Shown here piece after piece: positions 29,344 to 40,104 of a stretch of 64,000 nt of DNA. The translations under genes and the position numbers were made by a program. Origin of the DNA: an uncultured Candidatus Saccharibacteria bacterium. GTDB lineage: Bacteria; Patescibacteriota; Minisyncoccia; Phycocordibacterales; PALSA-1337. Below the pieces are notes generated by a model that saw only the letters and a list, made by a program, of their open reading frames with translations, was not told where the DNA came from and searched no databases. Position 1 is the stretch's first letter, and each line of letters opens with the position of its first letter. The stretch is from the NCBI GenBank assembly GCA_964495685.1, contig CAZBVQ010000001.1, positions 105,521 to 169,520 of the forward strand, given 5' to 3'.

Positions 29344-30522
29344 TTATTCAGCTGACTTTGTCGTGGGGGTCTCTGATTCCTCATCCTCATCACCTTCAGC
29401 GAGTTCTTCGCCGCCAGTTGATTTGATGTCGATCTTCCAGCCAGTAAGCTTGGCAGCGAGGCGGACATTCTGGCCACCTTTACCGATGGCGAGCGACTGC
29501 TCATCTTCGGTGACGGTGACAATAGCGCGATGCGCGGCCTCATCCAGTTCAAGTGAAACGACCTCGGCGGGCGAGAGTGCTTCCTCAATGAATAGGGCAG
29601 GATCCTCATTCCATTCGACAATGTCAATCTTTTCTCCTGACAATTCACTGGTGACAGTCGATACGCGGACACCACGCTGGCCGACCATGGAGCCGATCGG
29701 ATCGATGTGAGCGTCATGTGATATGACGGCGACCTTGGAGCGAGAGCCAGCTTCACGAGCGATAGCCTTGATCTCGACGGTACCCGAAGCGATTTCTGGA
29801 GCCTCAGTCTCGAAGAGTTTGGCCAGGAACTTGGGATGTGAACGAGACAATTTCAAGACGATTCCCTTGGGAGTTTCCTCTACAGCGTAGAGATAGGCAC
29901 GAATGCGGTCGCCAGTCTTCCAGCGCTCACTCGGGATCTGCTCCTCGTAGGGGATAATACCGAGTGCACGGCCCATATTGATGTGGACCATGCCGCGTTC
30001 GACGCGCTCGACGGTACCAGCGACAATTTCGCCTTCTTTGGCACCATATTCACCCATAACTGAGACTTTCTCAGCTTCACGGATCTTCTGGATGATGATC
30101 TGCTTTGCAGTCTGCGCAGCAATGCGACCGAAATCTGCCTTGCTTTCGAGAGGGAAGACGAGCTCATCGCCAATCTCGGCGTTCTTCTTTATCTTCTTGG
30201 CGTCTTCGATGAGCATGTGCTGCTCAGGGTTGAAGCGAATCTTGATATCGTCGACGTTGGCGTCCTTGAGATCGATCTCTTCTTCCTCATCACCTTCCAT
30301 GATGACTTGGTTGCGATCGACGACGACCTTCACCTGCCAAAATTCGACACCACCTGTGTTCTGGTCGAATGAGGCGCGGACAATCTGACCTTTCTTGCCG
30401 TATTCTTTCTTGTAGGCAGTTGCGAGGGACATAGCGATGGCTTCCAAGGTCTTTTCCTTGGGAATACCACGCTCTTCTTCGAGCTGTTGGACGACTGAAT
30501 TGATTACTTTGAGATCAAACAT
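29344..30522 (-). CDS. nusA: Transcription termination factor NusA
   Basis: FGRIAAQTAKQ, AREAGSRSK, SLAIGKGGQNVRLA. Confidence 0.98.
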   Translation of the reverse strand: MFDLKVINSVVQQLEEERGIPKEKTLEAIAMSLATAYKKEYGKKGQIVRASFDQNTGGVEFWQVKVVVDRNQVIMEGDEEEEIDLKDANVDDIKIRFNPEQHMLIEDAKKIKKNAEIGDELVFPLESKADFGRIAAQTAKQIIIQKIREAEKVSVMGEYGAKEGEIVAGTVERVERGMVHINMGRALGIIPYEEQIPSERWKTGDRIRAYLYAVEETPKGIVLKLSRSHPKFLAKLFETEAPEIASGTVEIKAIAREAGSRSKVAVISHDAHIDPIGSMVGQRGVRVSTVTSELSGEKIDIVEWNEDPALFIEEALSPAEVVSLELDEAAHRAIVTVTEDEQSLAIGKGGQNVRLAAKLTGWKIDIKSTGGEELAEGDEDEESETPTTKSAE

Positions 30523-30759
30523 ACATTGTATTGTTATTTTCCGCCAGCTGGCGGTTGTTATTAAGTTTTCAGTTTGCCGAGAGGATGTTCGATCCTTTTA
30601 GCAAAGAAGTCCGCCGGTGGGCGAACAACTGATGGGGTAACTATAGCACAATTGATTGTTTGGGGCAAATCGACTCAGCTTCTGTACGGGTCTAGGTTTT
30701 CTGGTAAAGGTTCTTATAAACAATGCCCAGTAAGGCCCTTTTTGCTACAATAGTAGGTA

Positions 30760-32508
30760 ATGCTCATCGAAGACACCCAGCTCTATAAATTCATTCTCGA
30801 TTCAGGCCTCGTTACCAAGGAGGATCTTGAGGCTGCCAAGAAGGAGGCCGACAAGAATGAGAAGCGCCTTGGTGACATTCTCGTCTCCGCAGGCAAAATT
30901 ACCGCTGACAACCTGCGCCGCATGGAGGCGTATGTGCTGGGCATCCCATTCGTTGACCTCAAGGGTAAAAAGATAGACTCAGATACACTCTCACTCATTC
31001 CTGAGCCGATCGCTCGTGGGCACAACATCGTCGCATTCAAGAAATCAGACTCCTCGCTCGAGGTGGCCATGCTCGATGTCAACGACCTTTCAGCTATTGA
31101 TTTCATCAAGAAGAAGGTCAATCTCAAGATCCAGCCACGCCTGACGGATTCGGACTCTCTCAAGGAGGTATTGGTTCAGTATCAAAAGAGCTTGAAGGCA
31201 GAGTTCGGTGATTTGATTCAGAAGGAGACCGCAACGCTGAAGACGATTGCAGAAGACAATGGGGATCCGTCTTCGGAGGCCGATATGAAGAAGCTGGCCG
31301 AAGATCTACCAGTTGTGCGCATCGTCGATACACTGATCAAGCATGCTGCTATCCAGAATGCCTCGGATATTCATATCGAGCCCATGGATAACCAAGTGCT
31401 GGTGCGTTACCGTATTGATGGATTATTGCACGATGCGATGGTATTGCCACGACAGGCTGGCCCATCAGTCTCAGCGCGTATCAAGGTGCTTTCGAATTTG
31501 AAACTCGACGAGAAACGACTACCTCAGGATGGGCGTTTCAAGGTCGACATGAACAATGAGAAGGTCTCATTCCGCGTCTCTATATTGCCGACATATTATG
31601 GCGAGAAGATCGTCATGCGTCTTCTCCGCGAAAGCATTTCTGGCTATACACTCGAGTATCTCAACTTCCACGGGGAAGGGCTGGAACGTATTCACCACGC
31701 ACTGACGCAGACCACGGGCATGATCCTCACCACTGGTCCGACCGGTTCTGGTAAGACGACGACACTCTATACCATGCTCGATCTCCTCAATCAGCCCGAT
31801 GTCAATATTTCTACGATCGAAGACCCTATCGAATATCAGATCGGTCGCATCAACCAGACACAGGTTCGTCCTGAGATTGGATTTACCTTCGCGCAGGGGA
31901 TACGTACACTCGTCCGTCAGGACCCAGATATCATCATGGTCGGTGAAATCCGTGATAATGAGACGGCAGCTCTCGCGGTCAACGCTGCTCTCACTGGTCA
32001 CTTGGTGCTTTCGACGCTCCACACCAATAGTGCAGCTGGCGCTATCCCACGTCTTCTCGATATGGGCGTAGAGTCATTCTTGCTTGTCTCGACTCTCAAT
32101 ATCGTGATTGGCCAGCGTCTGGTTCGTCAACTGACCGAAACCAAAGAGAAGTATGAGTTATCCAAAGCTGAGCTTGCTCAGCTCGAGAAGGTGGTCGACC
32201 TCAATCGTGTACTCGAAGCACTGAAGGCAGACAAAATAGTCAAAGCCTCTGACACGGTCAAGGATTTGACGTTCTGGAAAGCTGTTCCATCTGGTGACAG
32301 TGATGGGTTCAAGGGTCGTGTCGGCATCCATGAGATTCTCAAGATGAATCAGAGTATCAAAGATCTGGTCATGAAGAATGCTACGGCCGCAGAGATAGAG
32401 GTGCAGGCCAAGAAAGAGGGGATGCTCACCATGCTCGAAGACGGTATTTACAAATGTGTCGAGGGCAAAACGACTATCGAGGAAGTGTTGCGTGTGATCA
32501 CTGAATAA
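30760..32508 (+). CDS. pilB: Type IV pilus assembly ATPase PilB/GspE
   Basis: ASDIHIEP, GPTGSGKTT, RQDPDIIMVGEIRD, TGHLVLSTLHTN. Confidence 0.93.
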   Translation: MLIEDTQLYKFILDSGLVTKEDLEAAKKEADKNEKRLGDILVSAGKITADNLRRMEAYVLGIPFVDLKGKKIDSDTLSLIPEPIARGHNIVAFKKSDSSLEVAMLDVNDLSAIDFIKKKVNLKIQPRLTDSDSLKEVLVQYQKSLKAEFGDLIQKETATLKTIAEDNGDPSSEADMKKLAEDLPVVRIVDTLIKHAAIQNASDIHIEPMDNQVLVRYRIDGLLHDAMVLPRQAGPSVSARIKVLSNLKLDEKRLPQDGRFKVDMNNEKVSFRVSILPTYYGEKIVMRLLRESISGYTLEYLNFHGEGLERIHHALTQTTGMILTTGPTGSGKTTTLYTMLDLLNQPDVNISTIEDPIEYQIGRINQTQVRPEIGFTFAQGIRTLVRQDPDIIMVGEIRDNETAALAVNAALTGHLVLSTLHTNSAAGAIPRLLDMGVESFLLVSTLNIVIGQRLVRQLTETKEKYELSKAELAQLEKVVDLNRVLEALKADKIVKASDTVKDLTFWKAVPSGDSDGFKGRVGIHEILKMNQSIKDLVMKNATAAEIEVQAKKEGMLTMLEDGIYKCVEGKTTIEEVLRVITE

Positions 32509-32509
32509 T

Positions 32510-33730
32510 ATGTCTCATTTTATCTTCAAGGCGAAACATCCAGCTGGTGACGTGTATAGTAGCGAGAAAGACGCTACTGATCGGTATGAATTGTACAAAC
32601 TTATCCGTGAAAGTGGTGACGAAGTCGTCGAGATCCGGGAGGTCACTGCATCGAGGGGGTTGCACCGAGACATTTCGTTCGGGGGGTTGTTCAAGCACAT
32701 CAAGACAATCGAAAAAATTAATTTTGCCCGTAACCTCGGATCAATGCTCGAAGCTGGTCTGGCGCTGTCGCGTGCACTGTCTGTCCTCGAGCGTCAGTCG
32801 CACAATAAGGCGTTCAAGAAGGTGCTCTCTGAATTGATATCAGACATCAGCAAAGGATCGACGTTGTCCGATGCGATGACCAAGCATCCCAAAGTTTTCG
32901 CTCAGTTATTCGTTTCGATGGTACGTGCCGGTGAACAGAGCGGTACATTGGCAGAGTCATTCAAAGTGGTTGCGACTCAGATGGACAAGAGCTATACACT
33001 CGAACGCAAGGTCAAAGGAGCATTGATTTATCCAGGTGTTATCCTCTGTGCAATGATCTTGATCGGTATACTGATGTTCGTGTTCGTGGTTCCCACGCTG
33101 ACCAAGACATTCGTCGAGCTGAACGTGGCTCTACCACTCAGTACCCGTGTGGTGCTCGGTATTAGTGACGTGTTCCAGAACTATGGCCTCTTGGTATTGA
33201 TAGCGATCGCCGCTTCGGTGTGGGCGGTCACGTGGTGGTCACGTCGTCCTTCGGGGAAGCAGGTCATTCATGCGCTCGTCTTGAAGCTCCCCATCGTCGG
33301 TGGACTGGTGCAAGAAGTGAACACGGCTCGTACCGCGCGTACATTGTCATCACTTCTCGGTTCTGGCGTTGATGTGGTCGAGTCGGTCACTATCACTGCC
33401 GCGGTCATACAGAATGTTCATTTTCGGCGCGTCCTCGAACAGGCGTGTGGGGCTATCAAGAAAGGAGATCTCATGTCCAAAGTCTTCGCCGAAGCTCGTA
33501 CTCTCTACCCGGTGTTCATCTCCGAGATGATGAGTGTGGGCGAAGAGACGGGCAAGACGGGCGAGATGTTGGCTGGGGTTGCTCACTACTATGAGGATGA
33601 TGTCGAACAGAAGACAAAGGATATGTCGACGGTTATTGAGCCTGTGCTGATGATCGTCATTGCTGCGGGAGTTGGTTTTTTCGCCATTGCCATGATTTCA
33701 CCTATGTATTCGTTGGTAAATGCTATTTAA
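32510..33730 (+). CDS. pilC: Type IV pilus inner-membrane platform protein PilC/GspF
   Basis: AGEQSGTL, ALIYP, VGEETG, IEPVLM. Confidence 0.93.
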   Translation: MSHFIFKAKHPAGDVYSSEKDATDRYELYKLIRESGDEVVEIREVTASRGLHRDISFGGLFKHIKTIEKINFARNLGSMLEAGLALSRALSVLERQSHNKAFKKVLSELISDISKGSTLSDAMTKHPKVFAQLFVSMVRAGEQSGTLAESFKVVATQMDKSYTLERKVKGALIYPGVILCAMILIGILMFVFVVPTLTKTFVELNVALPLSTRVVLGISDVFQNYGLLVLIAIAASVWAVTWWSRRPSGKQVIHALVLKLPIVGGLVQEVNTARTARTLSSLLGSGVDVVESVTITAAVIQNVHFRRVLEQACGAIKKGDLMSKVFAEARTLYPVFISEMMSVGEETGKTGEMLAGVAHYYEDDVEQKTKDMSTVIEPVLMIVIAAGVGFFAIAMISPMYSLVNAI

Positions 33731-33734
33731 GCAT

Positions 33735-35543
33735 ATGAGATTGGAAATGAGAGACTCGAGCTTGAAGGGAATGCGGGCATTCACGCTCGTCGAAGTACTC
33801 GTGGGAGCAGCTGTGTTCCTGGTGGTGGCGATTGCTGCCTACAATGCATACATTGGCCTCTTCCAACTCATCAGTGTGAGCCAGAATAAGATTGTCGCCT
33901 TGAATCTGGCGAACGAACAATTTGAGATTGCCCGTAACATGCCCTATACGGATGTCGGTATCGTCGGAGGTATTCCGAAAGGTAAGCTCGCTCATATCCA
34001 ACAAGTAGTGCGCGGTGGGGTGCAATTCACCGTCACGACGACCGTGCGTAACCTCGATCTGCCTTTCGATGGTACTATCGGGGGATCTCCCAACGATCTG
34101 TCACCAGCTGATAACAAGCTCGTCGATATCACCGTAGCTTGTGATGGGTGCAAAAACTTCCATCCCATCAATCTAACTGGTCAGGTTGCGCCCAAGAATC
34201 TCGAGACGGCCTCAAACAATGGGGCACTGTTCATCAGAGTGTTCGATGCCAATGGTCAAGCGGTCCAAGGTGCTTCGGTCCATGTCGTCAATGTTGCCAC
34301 TACGACGACCATCGTCATCGACGATGTTACTGATGCGAATGGCATGCTCCAACTCGTCGATGTGCCACCAGGCACCAACGCGTACCGAATTGTGGTGACC
34401 AAATCGGGGTATTCAACAGACCGCACCTATTCTCCTAGTGATACGACCAATCCGTCACCACTCAAGCCAGATGCGACGGTATTATTACAACAAGTGACTC
34501 AAGTGAGCTTCGCTATAGATCGTCTGAGTACGGTCACTATCTCGAGTGTCGGGCCGACGTGTGCCGTGGTCCCTGATTTCCAGTTTGCATTGGTGGGGTC
34601 CAAGCTTATCGGCGCTACCACGGCGAAGTTTTCACAAAACATGATCACTGACGGATCAGGTAATCTCACGTTGTCTAATAACGTCGAATGGGATACCTAC
34701 ACAACTATCCCGACGAATACGACGTATGATGTGGCGGGGCTCAATCCGCTCAACCCTGCTACGGTCAACGCTGGGGTATCACAACAGATACAGATCATTG
34801 CGGTGCCGCGACAGTCGCGTAGCATTGTAGTAACTGTCAAAGATAGCGCGACGCAGCTACCTATATCTGGCGCCACGGTGACATTGAGCAAGGTCTCCTA
34901 TACCAGCACCAAGACGACGGGCAAAGGATTCATCAATCAGACAGATTGGTCTGGGGGCTCTGGACAAGCGACGACATCGGATACTACTCGGTATTGGAAT
35001 GATGACGGACATGTCGATGTGTCTGTTCCGGGAATTGTGTCGTTGCGTACGTCATTCGGTGAATATGACCAGGCTGGTACCATAGAATCTTCTACATTCG
35101 ATACGGGCTCAGTGAGTAATTTCTATACACTCACCTGGTCTCCGGTAGATCAGCCTGTTCAGGTGGGCGACAATGCGGTGCGTCTCCAGATCGCCACGGC
35201 GACTACGACTTCTCCAGAAACGTGGAATTTCATCGGTCCCGATGGTACAGCCAGCTCGTACTATACGGTGCCTGATGTGCCCTTGAGTGATGTACATAAT
35301 GGTGATAGGTACCTGCGCTACAAGGTCTATCTCGCGAGCGTCTCGACGAGTACGACACCGACAGTCACTGACGTCGCATTCACGTTCACTTCGTCGTGTA
35401 CTCCTCCAGGACAAGTGTTGTTCGCTGGTCTAGCGAACGGAACGTATCATGTACATGTGGTCAAAGATGGGTATTCAGATTTCGATTATGACATCGCCAC
35501 AGATGCCAGCTGGCAGGAAGTACAGGCAGTCATGACGCAGTAA
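33735..35543 (+). CDS. Large prepilin-type protein with carboxypeptidase-regulatory-like / Ig domains
   Basis: A-FTLVEVLV N-methylation motif. VFDANGQAVQGASV and VKDSATQLPISGATV repeats. Start uncertain (33735-33771). Confidence 0.85.
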   Translation: MRLEMRDSSLKGMRAFTLVEVLVGAAVFLVVAIAAYNAYIGLFQLISVSQNKIVALNLANEQFEIARNMPYTDVGIVGGIPKGKLAHIQQVVRGGVQFTVTTTVRNLDLPFDGTIGGSPNDLSPADNKLVDITVACDGCKNFHPINLTGQVAPKNLETASNNGALFIRVFDANGQAVQGASVHVVNVATTTTIVIDDVTDANGMLQLVDVPPGTNAYRIVVTKSGYSTDRTYSPSDTTNPSPLKPDATVLLQQVTQVSFAIDRLSTVTISSVGPTCAVVPDFQFALVGSKLIGATTAKFSQNMITDGSGNLTLSNNVEWDTYTTIPTNTTYDVAGLNPLNPATVNAGVSQQIQIIAVPRQSRSIVVTVKDSATQLPISGATVTLSKVSYTSTKTTGKGFINQTDWSGGSGQATTSDTTRYWNDDGHVDVSVPGIVSLRTSFGEYDQAGTIESSTFDTGSVSNFYTLTWSPVDQPVQVGDNAVRLQIATATTTSPETWNFIGPDGTASSYYTVPDVPLSDVHNGDRYLRYKVYLASVSTSTTPTVTDVAFTFTSSCTPPGQVLFAGLANGTYHVHVVKDGYSDFDYDIATDASWQEVQAVMTQ

Positions 35544-35567
35544 GGTATCTGATGCTACAATATATAC

Positions 35568-36179
35568 ATGAGAGCTTTTACGCTCGTTGAAGTTATTACG
35601 ACAGTTGCCATATTCTCGGTCATCATGATCGCGGTTTCTGCGTTTGAGTACAACGTTCTTGATTACAATCGATCGGGGAGCACTTCGCTGACCAATCTGG
35701 AAGAGATCCAGTCTCTCCTCAAGACGATGACACGCGAATTGCGCTCGATGGAACCCGGTGATGACGGTGCCTATCCAATAATCGCTGCAGCGACGTCGAG
35801 TGTCACTTTCTTCGCCAATGTCGACGGTGATACGTCCAAAGAGAAAGTGAGATATTATATTGGCACAACGACGACGACACGTACGACCGTATTCCGTGGC
35901 GTGATCGACCCCAGTGGTGTGCCTGCTACATACAATCCGTCTTCAGAACGGATCAAGACGCTTGTCACGGGTGTGCGCAATGCGACGAATACGCCGATGT
36001 TCACCTATTATGATGGTATGTACGCAGGGACTTCGTCACCGATGACGTATCCATTGACACTCACGTCGATCCGTATGGTCGGGGTGACCATGACCGTGGA
36101 TACTGATCCTCTCCGTAGTCCAGTGACCAAGACATTCACGTCCCAAGCATCGCTCCGTAACCTCAAAGACAATTTATGA
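35568..36179 (+). CDS. Minor pilin (PilW/GspJ-like)
   Basis: MRAFTLVEVI, TRELRS, C-terminal ASLRN. Confidence 0.85.
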   Translation: MRAFTLVEVITTVAIFSVIMIAVSAFEYNVLDYNRSGSTSLTNLEEIQSLLKTMTRELRSMEPGDDGAYPIIAAATSSVTFFANVDGDTSKEKVRYYIGTTTTTRTTVFRGVIDPSGVPATYNPSSERIKTLVTGVRNATNTPMFTYYDGMYAGTSSPMTYPLTLTSIRMVGVTMTVDTDPLRSPVTKTFTSQASLRNLKDNL

Positions 36180-37660
36180 TAAGTATATATCGACATACGA
36201 TGCGTCATAGAATAGTGGTCCGCGGCGTTATTCTGGTCAATGTGCTTGTGTTTGCGGCTATTGCAGCGACGGTGACTATGGCGCTCGTCAGTTGGGGTGG
36301 GGGAGTCCTCAAGACGACCAGTATGCTCGGTTCGCGGGAACAGGCATTCCAACTTGCTGAAGCAGGTGTGGAATATTATCGCTGGCATCTTGCACATGCG
36401 TCGACCGATTATCAGGACGGGACAGGTCATGCTGGTCCGTACGTCCATACGGTCACTGATGTCGATGGAGATATCATCGGCAGTTATTCATTGACGATAA
36501 CACCTCCGCCGATAGGTTCTACCATCGTCAAGGTGCGCTCGGTGGGTACGGCATCATCGACGCCGCCAGTATCACGTACGATTCAAGCAACATTGGCGAT
36601 ACCGTCTCTTGCGAAATACGCCGTAGTCGCAAACCAAAACATGCGTTTCGGTGCAGGTACCGAAGTTTTCGGACCTGTGCATTCGAATGCGGGAGTTCGA
36701 TTCGATGGAGTGAGTCACAATATCATCACCAGCTCTTTGTCGACGTATGATGATCCTGATGACAGTTCGAGCCAACAGCGATTCGCAGTATATACCACGG
36801 TCTCACCGCAAGATCCCAACCCACCGGCGGCTGTACCCAATCGTCCTGACGTGTTCATGGCCGGCCGTCAATTTCCTGTCCAATCATATGACTTCAACGG
36901 GCTGACAGTCGATCTGTCGCAGATGAAAGCAGATGCCCAAGAGGCGGGAGTATATATACCCGCTTCAGGATCGCAGGGATATCATATCGTCCTCAAATCC
37001 AACGACACATTCGATCTGTACAAGGTCACGTCGCTCCAGAGTCCACCGTCATCGTGCTCGAATGTCAATAATCAGAGCGATTGGGGCACATGGAGTGTGC
37101 GCACACAGGTCCATCCTGTCTCTGGGGTCAACAATTCTCCTCAGAACTATCCATTCCCTACGAACGGAGTGATATTCGTCGAGGATCATGTCTGGGTGGA
37201 TGGTGTCGTCGACGGGGCGCGATTGACTATAGCTGCCGGCAAGTTTCCTGATAATGTGTCGACACGCAAGGACATCATGGTAAATGACGATGTGATATAT
37301 ACTCATTATGACGGTACTGATGTGATATCACTCGTCGCCCAGCGGAATGTGTCGACAGGACTGTTCAGTCAGAATGATCTACGGATCGATGCGGCTCTAG
37401 TGGCACAGAATGGCCGAGTGGGGCGCTACTATTATGAAGTAGACTGTCGTTCAAGTGGGACCAATTATTACACTCGTGATGTTATTACGTTGTATGGCAT
37501 GATTGCCACCAACCAACGTTATGGCTTCGCCTATACTGATGGTACCGGCTATGATACACGCAACATTATTTATGATAGCAACCTACTCTACGGTCCTCCG
37601 CCGTCATTCCCGCTGACATCGAGTCAGTACCAGACCATTTCGTGGCAAGAAGTACAATAA
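36176..37660 (+). CDS. PilX-like minor pilin
   Basis: RGVILVNVLVF, QAFQLAEAGVEY, C-terminal SWQE. Confidence 0.85.
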   Translation: MISIYRHTMRHRIVVRGVILVNVLVFAAIAATVTMALVSWGGGVLKTTSMLGSREQAFQLAEAGVEYYRWHLAHASTDYQDGTGHAGPYVHTVTDVDGDIIGSYSLTITPPPIGSTIVKVRSVGTASSTPPVSRTIQATLAIPSLAKYAVVANQNMRFGAGTEVFGPVHSNAGVRFDGVSHNIITSSLSTYDDPDDSSSQQRFAVYTTVSPQDPNPPAAVPNRPDVFMAGRQFPVQSYDFNGLTVDLSQMKADAQEAGVYIPASGSQGYHIVLKSNDTFDLYKVTSLQSPPSSCSNVNNQSDWGTWSVRTQVHPVSGVNNSPQNYPFPTNGVIFVEDHVWVDGVVDGARLTIAAGKFPDNVSTRKDIMVNDDVIYTHYDGTDVISLVAQRNVSTGLFSQNDLRIDAALVAQNGRVGRYYYEVDCRSSGTNYYTRDVITLYGMIATNQRYGFAYTDGTGYDTRNIIYDSNLLYGPPPSFPLTSSQYQTISWQEVQ

Positions 37661-37695
37661 CTGCGCGCGAGCTCTACTTTTGATACAATAGGGCC

Positions 37696-38457
37696 ATGTC
37701 ACAAAAACTCATTATCGGTAACTGGAAGATGAATCCGGCCACACTCGATGAGGCCAAGCAGATTATCCGCAAGACGCGAGCAGCAGCCAGCAAGCTTGAG
37801 CATATACAAGTCGTAGCTTGTCCTCCGTATGTGTTTATTCCTGCCGCGATTTCAAAGCGAGATGCAGATACTCTCGAAGTGGGTGCTCAGACTGTTTCAT
37901 TCGAAGAGGGAGGACCTCATACAGGTGATGTCAGCGCTTCAATGCTCAGCAATCTAGGCGTTCGCTATGTGATTGTCGGTCATTCAGAAGAACGTGCGGC
38001 AGGTGATACTGATGAGATGGTATCAAGGCGCGTTAAAGCTATAGTTGAAGCCGGCATGAAGGCTGTGCTCTGTGTTGGCGAAAAGGTGCATGATGAAGGT
38101 GGTGCGTATCTCAATACACTCGCAGATCAGATCAAAAGTAGTCTCGCCGGTGTTCCAGCTCATCTTGCAAAAAATATTATATTGGCCTATGAGCCGGTCT
38201 GGGCAATCGGTGCAAAAGAGGCGATGCAGTCACAGCAGATTCACGAGACATCTATTTTTGTGCGCAAGACATTCTCGGATGTATTTAGTCAGAACCAGGC
38301 CATGAAGGCACTCGTACTCTATGGTGGTTCAGTCAATTTCCGCAACGCCCACGAGATCATGACGGTTGGCCAGGTGGATGGACTTCTGGTGGGGAGGGAG
38401 AGCGTCAATATTCCAGGGTTTGTTGAATTACTGAAAGCGGTGGATGCGATAGGATAA
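37696..38457 (+). CDS. tpiA: Triosephosphate isomerase
   Basis: GNWKMN, VGHSEER, AYEPVWAIG, LYGGSV. Confidence 0.98.
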   Translation: MSQKLIIGNWKMNPATLDEAKQIIRKTRAAASKLEHIQVVACPPYVFIPAAISKRDADTLEVGAQTVSFEEGGPHTGDVSASMLSNLGVRYVIVGHSEERAAGDTDEMVSRRVKAIVEAGMKAVLCVGEKVHDEGGAYLNTLADQIKSSLAGVPAHLAKNIILAYEPVWAIGAKEAMQSQQIHETSIFVRKTFSDVFSQNQAMKALVLYGGSVNFRNAHEIMTVGQVDGLLVGRESVNIPGFVELLKAVDAIG

Positions 38458-38466
38458 CTAATACCT

Positions 38467-40095
38467 ATGTACGTATTGAAATTCATATATCGAAACCTCG
38501 GTCGTTTCAAGGGGCGATTCAATCTTGTTTTTGTCATGGGAGTTTTCGATGGGGCTGCAACATTCCTAATTCCTGTATTGCTGGCCGAATTTACCAAGAA
38601 TACATTTTCTGCAAGCGATTTTCGCGGACTATGTGTAGGAGTTGTTGTTTTGTATCTCGCTTCGTTGGGATTTCAGTGGGTCATCAGACGTTTCGGGGAG
38701 TCTATAGGTCCGCAGTTCGGAAATTATATTCGCCTCCATTATTTCCAGATGCTTGAGCGTCTTTCGGTCAAAGAAATTTCAAAACAACATTCCGGGTATG
38801 TTCTTTCACTGATCAATAAAATATCCGATGGTGTGCCTGCTATTTTCATGGACATATTCTGGGACTTCGCCAAAGGCCTTGCGAACGTCACTCTGTTTTT
38901 CTATTTCACCGCACAAGAATCGTTTTCGGTTGCTATCATAAACCTTGTCGTATTGATCGTGTTTGTCAGTATCGGTACGTATTTGGCACGGAAAATGGTG
39001 CCACTTGCCAATGATCTCAACAAAAAGAAGGCGTCTCTCATGGAATCATACGTTGATTTCATGGCGAATATCATTACCGTTAAGAAAATGAACATATACA
39101 GTTTCGTTGAGGGTAAATTGACAACAAAGACGGATGATAATTATCGCCAAATAACCAAACTACAAAATTTCCACTCAAATCGTTGGCTTCTTTCTCATGC
39201 GCTATTTGGTATCGCCTTCCTTTCGACCATAGGTTTTTTGCTTTTCCAGGTATCTACCGGCGCAATGTCTGCGTCAATCCTGATTCTGTTCGTCGCTGCC
39301 TACGCGCTCATTCGTACCAACATGGAACGTCTCACTGAGAACATAAAGTCGCTCATTGAAATGAAGGCGTATATCCGCAGTTTGGAATCTGTCATTTCTG
39401 GTGAGCAGATAGCGTACGGAAATACGGCTATATCAGATTGGCATGAAATAGTTTTCAAAAATGTCGTCGTTCGTCACGAGGGGACAGAGAAGAATATAAC
39501 CATTCCTGATCTATCGATTCGAAAAGGAGACAAGATATGTATTATGGGTAAATCAGGCCAAGGCAAAACCACGCTCCTCAACTTGATAGCTGATTTCGTG
39601 AAGCCAGATACTGGTGTAAGGGCTGTGGACGGTATCGATTACGCTCAAATCAACCAAGATTTTTTCAAGAAGACGATAGCTCTTGTGTCACAGGAAACTG
39701 AGCTGTTCAATGTTTCGTTGAGAGAAAACATGGTTTTGGGCAGAATGGGGATTGAAGATCGTATGGTCGGTGCCCTGGATTCACTCGATATGCGTGACTG
39801 GATACATGGTCTCGATCAGGGACTCGATACTGTCGTCGGTGAGAAGGGGGCCAGGTTGTCTGCGGGACAGAAACAGCGCATCAATTTCATTCGTGGAGTG
39901 CTCTTGGATCGAGATATTATCATTCTTGATGAGCCGACATCTCATCTGGATGATGCGACTGAGGCTCGTGTCGTCGACTACATAGCCACGCATCTCGCGG
40001 ACAAGACCCTCATCATCGTTTCTCACCGAGAAGCATTGAAGGCGGTGTGTAATAAGTGCTACAGTATGGAACGTCATACGTTAGTGGCTGCATAA
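38467..40095 (+). CDS. ABC exporter, fused permease/ATPase
   Basis: TM domain, GKSGQGKT, LSAGQKQR, LDEPTSHLD. Confidence 0.92.
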   Translation: MYVLKFIYRNLGRFKGRFNLVFVMGVFDGAATFLIPVLLAEFTKNTFSASDFRGLCVGVVVLYLASLGFQWVIRRFGESIGPQFGNYIRLHYFQMLERLSVKEISKQHSGYVLSLINKISDGVPAIFMDIFWDFAKGLANVTLFFYFTAQESFSVAIINLVVLIVFVSIGTYLARKMVPLANDLNKKKASLMESYVDFMANIITVKKMNIYSFVEGKLTTKTDDNYRQITKLQNFHSNRWLLSHALFGIAFLSTIGFLLFQVSTGAMSASILILFVAAYALIRTNMERLTENIKSLIEMKAYIRSLESVISGEQIAYGNTAISDWHEIVFKNVVVRHEGTEKNITIPDLSIRKGDKICIMGKSGQGKTTLLNLIADFVKPDTGVRAVDGIDYAQINQDFFKKTIALVSQETELFNVSLRENMVLGRMGIEDRMVGALDSLDMRDWIHGLDQGLDTVVGEKGARLSAGQKQRINFIRGVLLDRDIIILDEPTSHLDDATEARVVDYIATHLADKTLIIVSHREALKAVCNKCYSMERHTLVAA

Positions 40096-40104
40096 TTATT
40101 TTTC

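Noticed and set aside
30541-30554. Perfect palindrome ccgccagctggcgg in the nusA leader
   Set aside because: Only one copy in the window, so it cannot be distinguished from an ordinary leader hairpin.
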